Source of the DNA: Azolla caroliniana
Taxonomy: Eukaryota; Plantae; Polypodiophyta
Assembly: GCA_043228905.1 (NCBI GenBank)
Contig: JBHGNT010000456.1
Coordinates: 1-24,478, forward strand
Direction of reading: 5' to 3'
Length of the DNA stretch: 24,478 nucleotides
This document shows positions 9,457 to 18,189 of this stretch, piece after piece. The position numbers and the translations under genes are program-made. A model generated the notes under the pieces. The model did no database searches and had not been told where the DNA came from. It saw only the letters and a list, made by a program, of their open reading frames with translations. The first letter of the stretch is position 1. Each line of letters starts with the position of its first letter.

Positions 9457-11583
9457 ATGAGGGGGTCGGATCTTGCAGAGGCCATGGCTTCGGCCGTGGA
9501 TCGGATATTGAGCACACGCGAGGGCACCGGTGCCCTCGACAGAGCCATTGAGGCGGTCGTCGGTACGATCGGCCGTTTCAGCGGAAAGGATACTACGAAG
9601 TATTTGGTGTCCTACGGGGCGGAAATGCTGATGCGGGACATTCCGGAAGAGAGGCGTCTTGCCGGGTTCCCTCGAGTAGCGATGCCGAGCATCCATGAGG
9701 AGGTGCTCGAGGTACGGGCGGAGAGCCGTACCTGGGAGGAGTTCGAAGGCCGACTCCTAGAGAAATATGGGCTGGACGACGCGCTCCGGCTTTCGAAACG
9801 GGACTTCATGGAATGGGTGGAGTCCCCCGGCAAAGGAAGAAACACGTCGGCACTCCTCCGGGAGTTCGAAGAACGCTTTGCGCACCTTTCGGCGCTTGAC
9901 CGAACCATTCTGGATACGAGCCGGGTCCTACTGTTCGTCAAGTCGGTGGACGAGCGGGACCGGGATCAAGTCGGCTCCTTGCTGGAAACTGAAGACGGGC
10001 TGACAACCGACTGGGCTGCGGTTAAGAGAGTCTGTGGCCGTTTCGACAAACAGCGAGAATGGGCTGACAACGGGGCGGCCGGTGCGGGCTCTGTTACAGC
10101 AAGGAGGCTTGAACCGGCACCGCAAGTGCGAAGGGAAGAAACCCGGGAATGGCTCGAAACCGGTCCGGCTTCGACCAGCATGGTCAATGGCTCGTCCGGA
10201 GGAGCAGCGCTAGAGGAGTTGACGCGGGCGATAAAGGATCTCCAGATCGCCCAAACTCGAAGGGAAGGCGGCGAACCGGCTCGTGACCGACGGCCGGCAG
10301 CGGGGAACAGGTGCATGTGGTGCGACGAGGTCGGCCACATTCGGAAGGACTGCGGCGATTTCGCAAAGGCGTTGAGAAACCGGGTGGTGTACCTGTGGGA
10401 AGGCCAGGTGCACGCTGGCGACACCAGGAGGGCCCTGAGCCGAAACGACGGGCGAGGAGGTATGAAGAGACTGATGGAAGAGGCGGCGGCCCGACACGTG
10501 GAGGCCATCCACTACTCGGCGTCAGCCGGTATTCAGGTCGGGGGCAGCGAGGCCCGAAAGGAGAGTAAAGACGGTTTCTGGTCGGCAATACTGGAAGGCC
10601 TCGCCGGCGCGCGGCTGAGGAAAGATGAAACGGACCGCGTTGAGAGACGGGTCCGGGAAATAACCGGGTGGAGCGATCTAGTCGAGGAGAAGACGGGCTT
10701 CGTAGAAGCCGCTTGCCGGAACTACGAGGCTCTGGTAGAAGAAAAACGAGTGGGGAAAGCCGGAGCGGCCGGGCCCTCACAACGGTACGAGACCCGATTC
10801 GGGCAACGACGGAACGATGCCGGTGGGCCCGGCCCGCAAGATAACCCCAGGAAGGGCGGGTACCGACTGGGGACAGAAATAGAAAGGACTACGGACCTAC
10901 GAAAGGTCCTAGAAGAACGGATCCTCGACAGCAAAGTGGAGCTGTCATTACGGGAGGTGCTAGGGATCGCCAAGAAGGAGTTCCACGACTCCATTGTAGA
11001 CTTGGTGAAACGGAAGAGACTGTCGACGGAGACGGAACCGGAAAGACCAGTGGAGGTGCGGACGACGCACATCGACGACTCGGCGCTGGAAGATGAGTGG
11101 GCGGAGAGCCACTATTCGAGGCCACACTGGGCCCGAACGACCACGGAGACCCCGGTAAAAATCGGAGGTGTTCAGGAACCGGTGGTGGCGTTGGTGGACC
11201 ACGGTTCGGAAATAAACCTAATGTCCATGGACTTCTATAAGAAGGGAAAGTGGTCGATCAACACCAGGCACGGGTGGAAGATACGGGCGGCGACGCGCGC
11301 CACCGAGGAACTGCACGGGGCCTGCCCGAATGTGCGAGTGAAGATCGGCGACGTCGAGATTGACCAGCACTTCTTCGTACAGGAGACGTCCTCGCATCCG
11401 GTCATATTAGGGGAACCATACATCACGGCGGCGAGAATGGAAACCAAGGTGCTGGACAAAAGTTCGGCCTACGCGAGGGTCAAAAGCCAGGACGGGCGCC
11501 ATTCGGTGCAATTTCTGACGGTGCGGCCGAACCACGAGAGAAACCGCGAATCCCTCGGTGGCGAGAGCCGGGAGGATTTTTAG
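9457..11583 (+). CDS. gag: Gag-protease polyprotein (ORF1)
   Basis: First in-frame ATG after the PBS is at 9457 (the ORF-track start at 9190 lies inside the LTR). CCHC knuckle CMWCDEVGHIRKDC at 10312-10353. Protease-like motif ALVDHGSEINLM at ~11188-11223 and VILGEPY. Confidence 0.9.
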   Translation: MRGSDLAEAMASAVDRILSTREGTGALDRAIEAVVGTIGRFSGKDTTKYLVSYGAEMLMRDIPEERRLAGFPRVAMPSIHEEVLEVRAESRTWEEFEGRLLEKYGLDDALRLSKRDFMEWVESPGKGRNTSALLREFEERFAHLSALDRTILDTSRVLLFVKSVDERDRDQVGSLLETEDGLTTDWAAVKRVCGRFDKQREWADNGAAGAGSVTARRLEPAPQVRREETREWLETGPASTSMVNGSSGGAALEELTRAIKDLQIAQTRREGGEPARDRRPAAGNRCMWCDEVGHIRKDCGDFAKALRNRVVYLWEGQVHAGDTRRALSRNDGRGGMKRLMEEAAARHVEAIHYSASAGIQVGGSEARKESKDGFWSAILEGLAGARLRKDETDRVERRVREITGWSDLVEEKTGFVEAACRNYEALVEEKRVGKAGAAGPSQRYETRFGQRRNDAGGPGPQDNPRKGGYRLGTEIERTTDLRKVLEERILDSKVELSLREVLGIAKKEFHDSIVDLVKRKRLSTETEPERPVEVRTTHIDDSALEDEWAESHYSRPHWARTTTETPVKIGGVQEPVVALVDHGSEINLMSMDFYKKGKWSINTRHGWKIRAATRATEELHGACPNVRVKIGDVEIDQHFFVQETSSHPVILGEPYITAARMETKVLDKSSAYARVKSQDGRHSVQFLTVRPNHERNRESLGGESREDF

Positions 11584-11627
11584 AGAGGGCTGCCAAGGCG
11601 TGGGGCCGAGACAGCCCGGACACTCGG
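11574..11627 (+). promoter_or_regulatory. Predicted -1 programmed ribosomal frameshift signal (slippery heptamer plus pseudoknot)
   Basis: G GAT TTT (11574-11580) lies directly before the ORF1 stop TAG. The -1 frame is open from here into pol. After a 6-nt spacer come stems GGGCTG/CAGCCC and CCGAG/CTCGG in crossed (pseudoknot) order. Confidence 0.8.
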
Positions 11628-14600
11628 AAAAGATCCCACGACTGTACGATAGGTAGGGGATTTTGCTTCTTCGACAATGGAGGGTGTATGATAGTCGGCA
11701 CCGTCGGCCGAGAAAAGACAAGGGCGGAAGTGCGACTTCGAGCGTGCGGAGTTCTCGGCCCGGACGAGGAAATCAGCGGAGCCGTGGAGGCGGTCTCCTT
11801 CGATGACACCTTGGGAATGCTGAGGAAGGTAGCCGGAGAAGACCTTAACGAAGACCGGACGATACCGGTATGTTCCAAAGAGATGTACGAAGTCATCGCG
11901 AACTTCAGTCGGGAGCTCGGGTCGGATCGGACGGCCCGGGTTGGCACTAGGTACAAGACTGTGGACCGGAAGGTAAGGGCAGTCGCGGCACCCTTGCCGG
12001 AGGGCAGCGAGTCCCGAATCAGAGGGGTGGCGTCGGACCCCAGTTTACGAGATCCAGCCTGCGTAGGACACACCTTCACTGACGGAACGCTCCGGGAGCT
12101 CAAAATCGGTGGGGGCGGGTTCCTACTGCCGGCGGAGGAAGACCGGTTTCGGAGAATGCTCGGAAGGCACGGAAAAGCCTTTGCATTCTCACCGGAAGAG
12201 ATCGGGTGCGTAGACCCGACGATCGTGGAGCCGATGGTGATATTCACGGTACCACATGTACCGTGGAATCTCAAGCCGATCCCAGTACCGAGAGCTCACA
12301 TCCCGAAGTTGATGGAGCTATTGAGGCAGAAAGTCGATATGGGTATTCTCGAACCGTCGAGCGCGCCATACTCGAACCGATGGTTTACCGTACCAAAGAA
12401 AAACGGAACATTGCGCTTCATTCAGGACCTGCAACCGGTCAACAGAGTGACCATCCGGAACGCAGGAATTGGACCGACCATAGACGAGTTCGCGGAGGCC
12501 TTCGCCGGAAGGTCGATTTACTCGGTCGGTGATCTGTACTCGGGGTACGACCAGTTCCAGCTAGCCGTGGAGAGCAGAGACATTACGACAATGCGAACTC
12601 CCCTCGGCCTAGTGCGAATGTGTACCCTGCCACAAGGAGGGACCAACTCGGTGGCCCACATGGTGAATGCGATGAACAAAGTACTGAGGGATTGCATCCC
12701 GGACATCACCATGCCGTTTCTAGACGACATCCCCATAAAGGGGTGCCCGGTGGAGGAGAATGACGAGACACTCGGGCCGGACGGATGCCGGCGATTCGTA
12801 GCAACACACATCGATGACTGCGAGAAGGTGCTACAAAGGCTAGAGGATGCGAGGCTCACCTTCTCCGGGGAGAAATCGGCCTTCGGGCAATCAGAAATCC
12901 TGGTGGTCGGGCATCTATGTGGACCATATGGCCGGAAGCCGTCTCCGGCAAAGGTAGAAGCCATCTCCGCGATGAAGACCGACTGTAGCTCGGTTACGGA
13001 AGTTCGGAGGTTCCTGGGGGCATGCGCGTTCTACCACATATGGATCCCGCATTACGCCCACGTTGCGGAGCCACTATACGGGTTGCTGAAGAAGGGGCAA
13101 AGATTCGAGTGGCAAGACGAGCACACGGGGTCGGTCCGGAAGCTGAAGGAGGCTCTTACGGCAGCACCGACGCTCCGGAAGGCTGTCTACGAGAAGGGTA
13201 CCCCGGTATACATAACGGTGGATACGAGCCCGACCGGGATCAGATGGGTCGTCAACCAAGAAGACGAGGACGGCACCCGGTTCCCGATCCGATTCGGCGC
13301 TAAGGTCCTCAGTGAGCGACAGCGAGGGTACACCCAGGTTAAACGCGAGCTCTGGGGTATTGTTTCAGCGGTAAAGACGGACAAAGACTACCTGATCGGG
13401 ACAGAAGTGATTATCGAGACGGATTGCCTGCCGATTCTCGGCATGGTTTCCGGATGCGCGACACCGGACCTGGCGATGCTCAGGTGGATAGCGTACATCA
13501 AGTCCCTGGACCCGGAGATACGACACATTTCCGGAAAGGACAACGCCATGGCCGACATGCTTTCGAGGGCGAGGTTTGATGACGAGGGCGGCATGGTTTC
13601 GGAGAACGAAGAAGTCGGCGTGGACTTCTTCAAGGCGGCGTACGTGACGACCGATGGGACGAGCATTCCGGCACTTAACGATTTCGACGAGAGCAAGTAC
13701 GACGGCGAGTGGCTCCAGATCGGTGGATTCTTGAGGACAATGACGCCGGATGCGTCATGGACGAAGGACGAGGCCAACCGGATCCGGAAGAAAGCTTACC
13801 GATTCTTTCTCCGGGACGGATACTTGTGGAAGCACCCGAAGAAGAGGGACGGCGCTCCGCTCCGGGTGGTGGCGATGAAGGAAGAACAGGAGGAGCTGCT
13901 GACGGCCTACCACGACAGCCCTTGGGCCGGACACCGTGGAACCTGGGCCACGTTCGAGAAGATAAAGGGGAAGTACTGGTGGCCGGGACTATACCGAGAC
14001 GTGCATCGATTCGTGACAACTTGCGAGAGCTGTCAGATGCACTCCATAGTCCGACACCGGGACGAACTTCACCCTACGTACCCTCCGACCATCCACTTCA
14101 AATGGATGGTAGACCTGGTAACGATGTCGATAGGAGTAGGACAGATGCGGTATCTGGTCCTGGCTCGGGAAGATCTAACGAACCAGGTGGAAGGTCGGGC
14201 CCTTCAGAACAAAACGACTGCGGCCGTATGTCGGTTCCTGCTCGAGGACGTAATATGCCGGTACGGGTGCGTCGGGAAGATCGTGGCTGATCGCGGGGAG
14301 TTGGACGCCGAGGAGGCCGAGGAGCTGTTCGACCGGTTAGGGGTCAAGCTCTCGCTTACCACTGCGTACAATCCAGAGGCAAATGGGAAGGTGGAGCGCG
14401 GACACGGACCGATCGTCAAGGCGTTAGTTCGGGCATGCGGAGGTCAAGTCGGGAACTGGCCGCGGCTACTGCCTTACGCGTTGTGGGCTGACCGGACTAC
14501 GCACAGTTCGGTAACCGGATTCATGCCGGTAGAGCTCATGTTTGGGCAGAAGCCGATCATGCCGATCGAACGTACGGTCTCCTCATGGGCAACCGTGGAC

Positions 14601-15047
14601 TGGAGAGACGAGATGAGCCGGGAGGAACTGTTGACGGCGTGCATACGACAGCTCGAGCGGAGACCGGAGGACGTGGAGCAGGCTACGGAAAAGCTTCGGG
14701 TGGCCAGGACGAGGAACAAAGCCCGGTTCGACCGGACGCACCGGCTCCGATCGAAGAAGATCGAGGAAGGCGACTGGGTGCTAGTCTACGACAGCAGCCT
14801 CGACAACCAGCACCGAGCAACACGGAAATTCACAAGAAGGTGGTTCGGGCCTTACGTGGTACAAAGCGCCAACGACAACGGGACGTACCATCTGGCGGAG
14901 CTCGACGGTACGCGAATGGCGATACCGGTAGCAGGGAAGCGGGTCAAAGCGTTCAAGAAGCGTCACGACAACGAGCCGGATCCGGTTAACCTGGACCGGG
15001 ACGACGAACGATCCGAAACCGAAGAAGAACCGACGAGTGAGGAATAA
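11580..15047 (+). CDS. pol: Pol (RT-RNase H-integrase), probably translated by -1 frameshift from ORF1; first ATG at 11688
   Basis: RT motifs WFTVPKKNG, QDLQPVN, DLYSGYDQF, LPQG, PFLDD. RNase H motifs VDTS, KRELWG, ETDCLP, NAMADMLSR. Integrase HHCC (HDSPWAGH...CESC), D-D-E core (MVDL, VADRG, KVE) and GPY. No stops and no chromodomain. Confidence 0.95.
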   Translation, partial: LERAAKAWGRDSPDTRKRSHDCTIGRGFCFFDNGGCMIVGTVGREKTRAEVRLRACGVLGPDEEISGAVEAVSFDDTLGMLRKVAGEDLNEDRTIPVCSKEMYEVIANFSRELGSDRTARVGTRYKTVDRKVRAVAAPLPEGSESRIRGVASDPSLRDPACVGHTFTDGTLRELKIGGGGFLLPAEEDRFRRMLGRHGKAFAFSPEEIGCVDPTIVEPMVIFTVPHVPWNLKPIPVPRAHIPKLMELLRQKVDMGILEPSSAPYSNRWFTVPKKNGTLRFIQDLQPVNRVTIRNAGIGPTIDEFAEAFAGRSIYSVGDLYSGYDQFQLAVESRDITTMRTPLGLVRMCTLPQGGTNSVAHMVNAMNKVLRDCIPDITMPFLDDIPIKGCPVEENDETLGPDGCRRFVATHIDDCEKVLQRLEDARLTFSGEKSAFGQSEILVVGHLCGPYGRKPSPAKVEAISAMKTDCSSVTEVRRFLGACAFYHIWIPHYAHVAEPLYGLLKKGQRFEWQDEHTGSVRKLKEALTAAPTLRKAVYEKGTPVYITVDTSPTGIRWVVNQEDEDGTRFPIRFGAKVLSERQRGYTQVKRELWGIVSAVKTDKDYLIGTEVIIETDCLPILGMVSGCATPDLAMLRWIAYIKSLDPEIRHISGKDNAMADMLSRARFDDEGGMVSENEEVGVDFFKAAYVTTDGTSIPALNDFDESKYDGEWLQIGGFLRTMTPDASWTKDEANRIRKKAYRFFLRDGYLWKHPKKRDGAPLRVVAMKEEQEELLTAYHDSPWAGHRGTWATFEKIKGKYWWPGLYRDVHRFVTTCESCQMHSIVRHRDELHPTYPPTIHFKWMVDLVTMSIGVGQMRYLVLAREDLTNQVEGRALQNKTTAAVCRFLLEDVICRYGCVGKIVADRGELDAEEAEELFDRLGVKLSLTTAYNPEANGKVERGHGPIVKALVRACGGQVGNWPRLLPYALWADRTTHSSVTGFMPVELMFGQKPIMPIERTVSSWATVDWRDEMSREELLTACIRQLERRPEDVEQATEKLRVARTRNKARFDRTHRLRSKKIEEGDWVLVYDSSLDNQHRATRKFTRRWFGPYVVQSANDNGTYHLAELDGTRMAIPVAGKRVKAFKKRHDNEPDPVNLDRDDERSETEEEPTSEE

Positions 15048-15107
15048 AGGTTGGACCGGTTTTCTCCGTCCCAACTCGATTTGGCGCATGCCAGTGGATG
15101 CGCGGTT

Positions 15108-15120
15108 AGGTGGGGGTGGA
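15108..15120 (+). promoter_or_regulatory. Polypurine tract
   Basis: AGGTGGGGGTGGA immediately precedes the 3' LTR. Confidence 0.85.
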
Positions 15121-15350
15121 TGTCGTGAAGAAAACCATCCACAAGCGGAATCGGTGCACCAGAGCGTAGGAACCGGCTCTTCATGCACATGCGCCTTATG
15201 TTGTACAAAGGAGATCCTAGGCGGGCAGATTCGGTAGGTAGGAAGTAAAGGGGGAAAACGGCTCCTTCCCTGCCTATAAAAGGAGGGAGACGCGAAAGAG
15301 GAGGGGATCGCGGAGAGTCGAGGACGAAGTGCTATCGGGTTACGTGCGAA

Positions 15351-15444
<94 letters not shown>

Positions 15445-15747
15445 AGTTGCAAACGCCATAGCTTCCTTCTGTGCAGGTTTCGGGAGGCCCGCGCTGCTCT
15501 GAGGAATGCCCGAGTGCTTCCGGCAGCACCTCCAACCTACTCATTCCCCTCTGTGCGTTTACGAGCAGGTATCGGCATCTGTTCGCCGGCCTGTTCGGTT
15601 GTAACCGACTTCGTGTTTTGTTGTCTTCGTGTTCTTGTTGTTTGTCTTGTCAATACATACATACTTTCGTGTCTTTCTGTGTCGTTGTCCCACTCGCGTC
15701 TTTGCGTCGAAGGGTCGTGTCCCTGTGAATCTACGCTCGCACGTAGT

Positions 15748-15826
<79 letters not shown>

Positions 15827-15889
15827 TCTTCGGTACAGGACCCCCGAGGTCCCGCCTCACTCCACGCACCCGCGAGGAATACCTCGACA
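15121..15889 (+). repeat. 3' LTR (769 bp)
   Basis: Copy of 8732-9410 with about 9 substitutions, a 1-nt indel and longer (CT)n tracts. Confidence 0.97.
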
Positions 15890-16187
15890 ATGTTACGTGG
15901 CAATGCAATGGCGTCATCGAGTTGTCTCTCATATCCTCTCACATAACAAGCTCTCAACACCCTACCTTACTTTTCGCACATCATTATGTTGTAAGCATGG
16001 GACTACATTCGGTAGCCATGCATTTCCCATTTCTTATCCCTCTTTCATTGTATATGTCCGAGACTACATTCGGTAGCCGACATTATTTTCATTTTGTATC
16101 TCAAACCCCAAATTATATTGCCAATCACGATGCTTGTCACCCACATCCCTACATATGCACTCACTCCTTGTTAGGTTTTTCATATTT

Positions 16188-16350
16188 TTAGCCCTACCCC
16201 TCCCATACTTTCACCTATTTTGAGCCCTACCATTCCCCTACTTTCTTCTAATTTCAACCCTACCCCTCCCCTACTTTCTCCTATTTCCAGCCCTACCCTT
16301 CCTACTTTCTAGTCATTTCAACCCTACCCCTTCCCCTACTTTTTCATATT
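16188..16350. repeat. Degenerate pyrimidine-rich minisatellite (~33-bp unit, core CCCTACCCCTCCCCTACTTT), about 5 copies
   Basis: Recurring (A/G)CCCTACC...CCTACTTT...ATTT units at the start of a C/T-skewed tract that runs to ~17400. Confidence 0.7.
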
Positions 16351-16642
16351 TTGACTCATATCTCTCTCCTACACTTTTATTAAAAACCTAATCTTTAGAT
16401 TATATTTACCCACTACCCCTCTCCTAGATTTCCATATAGTTTAACTTTGCCCATCCCCTTAACTTTTCTCTTAGTAGCTTTTTAATGCAACCTCGGTTTC
16501 CTTTTATTTGTAGTTTCTACCCTCACCCATGTTTCACCATTTTTATTTTATTTTCCTACCCCTCCCTCTTCTCTCTCCATAACACTCTTCTCCTTTTTTA
16601 TTCCCCTCTCTCTTTGATTTCTTGGTTCCCCCATATATTTCT

Positions 16643-16680
<38 letters not shown>

Positions 16681-17776
16681 CCTCTACCCTTCCCTTTACT
16701 TTTTTATATTACCACCCTACTTAACCCTCCCTAGCTCACACCAAGTGTATCAAACGGTTTGGGTGCGCTCAAATTGTTCTTGGTGAACTTTTCACTTCAC
16801 CTCCACTTTGTCAATTTACCCCCGTACCCCTCCCTTACCTTCCTAAATTACTTTTCCTAAATTACCCTAAATTACCCTCCTACCCTTCCCCCTCATTTTT
16901 TCAAAACTACTTTTCTACCCCTCCCCTAAACACCCCCCCTCATTTCTTAAAAACTAAACACCCTACCCCCACTCCTCTCTCTAAATCTTTTCCTCTCCCA
17001 CACTTAAGCTATCACTTCTCCCTCTCTCAAAATCTTTTCCTATCCTATTTTATCCACCTTTCTATTTTTGTTTTTCTACCCTCACCCATGTTCTACTTTT
17101 TCTTACTCTACCCCTCCTCATCCTCATCCTAAATCTATAACCTTCCCCCTTTTTCTTTTTCCTCCTTCCCCACACATATCTCTCTCCCTTACCTCTCTCC
17201 TATTTCCTTTCTCTTTCTTACTTTGTCTAGTTCCTTATACCAAAACCTCCCCCTTGTCACATTAAAGCTCATAATATCCTTTTCCTTCTTCTCCAAATCT
17301 TCCTCTTTCCAAATCATATCCATAAGCACACACCCCCACTCCCTATTGTCATTTCTCTAAACCCTCTCCTAAAACTCCTTATATAAACCTATCCAACCCT
17401 AATGGTCATTTTAGCATTGATGAGCCCCATAGTGGGCGAAACTAGTTTGCTCATGACCATATCCCCATGTAATTTCTTTTTTTTTCTAATCTTAATGATA
17501 ATTAGTAGTAGCTTTGCTCTTAATCACTCTCTCTCTCTCTCTCTCTCTTAACATGTTAGTAACATTTGTTTGTCTTTTTAATTAATACCTAATGACTAGC
17601 CCTCTCTCCCTTTCTCATTATAGTTTTAGATATTTTAGTTATATTTAAGTTTTAATCCTTATAGTAATTTAAGTTATGAAGGTTTAATCTCTCTCTCATG
17701 CTCTGTAAGCCGTGCACCGATGATACACTATTCGCACTCCTTGTCGACGATTGTATGATCAACAAAACTTAGGATC

Positions 17777-17850
17777 TAGCTTTTTCACAACATTCATCAC
17801 TAGTAACTACTATGTTCAATGTAATCCCCGACAAAAGTTGCGGAATTGAG
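17777..17850 (+). repeat. 74-bp direct repeat, right copy
   Basis: Identical to 8391-8464. Confidence 0.95.
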
Positions 17851-18189
17851 AAGCCAATTGCAAATTCAAAAATGTCCATAGCCATTGGCATCTCATGGCA
17901 CCCTAAACCCTAAGCCGGAAGATTTCAAGTCAGAGAACCATCATTTGGGACCTATTGTACATTATTTGAAAAACAAAAACAAATTGTCATGGTAATTGTG
18001 ATGCCAATGAAATTGATTATTTCAAACCGTAGTACATACTACGTAATATACTCGAGTGCATTGGCAAACATTCTTTTTCATACGAATTCATACGAATGCG
18101 TATGTTATCAAAACATTCCTATGGTTTTTTTTCTACACTTTTTACCTTAAATTTTGTACCTTAAAAAAATTACCTAATGATAGTAAATA

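Larger units (their letters stand above)
8732..15889 (+). mobile_element. Full-length intact Ty3/Gypsy LTR retrotransposon without chromodomain, 7158 bp
   Basis: Two near-identical LTRs with TGTCG...CGACA termini, a PBS, a PPT, and uninterrupted gag-PR and RT-RH-IN ORFs. Flanks ACGT (8728-8731) / ATGT (15890-15893) fit a 4-bp TSD with one CpG transition. Much more GC-rich than the flanking DNA. Confidence 0.97.
8465..17776. mobile_element. Unclassified non-coding insertion (~2.15 kb excluding the nested Gypsy) flanked by a 74-bp duplication
   Basis: Bounded by the perfect 74-bp direct repeat. Subterminal inverted repeats CAAGGAGTGCGA (8489-8500) / TCGCACTCCTTG (17732-17743), plus CCTAAG (8483-8488) / CTTAGG (17768-17773). 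Small hairpin at 8471-8486. Internal GA/CT microsatellites. Confidence 0.6.

Noticed and set aside
9292-15452. Many antisense and alternate-frame ORFs (up to 264 aa) within the intact Gypsy
   Set aside because: Expected shadow ORFs of GC-rich coding DNA, with no recognisable domains. RERERE/SLSLSL stretches are translated microsatellites.
8391-17850. 74-bp repeats as LTRs of a TRIM/LARD
   Set aside because: No TG...CA ends, no PBS or PPT, no short TSD outside them, and the left copy is continuous with older flanking repeat units.
17900-17914. CCCTAAACCCTAA as an interstitial telomere
   Set aside because: Under two full units, which is common as a telo-box or by chance.
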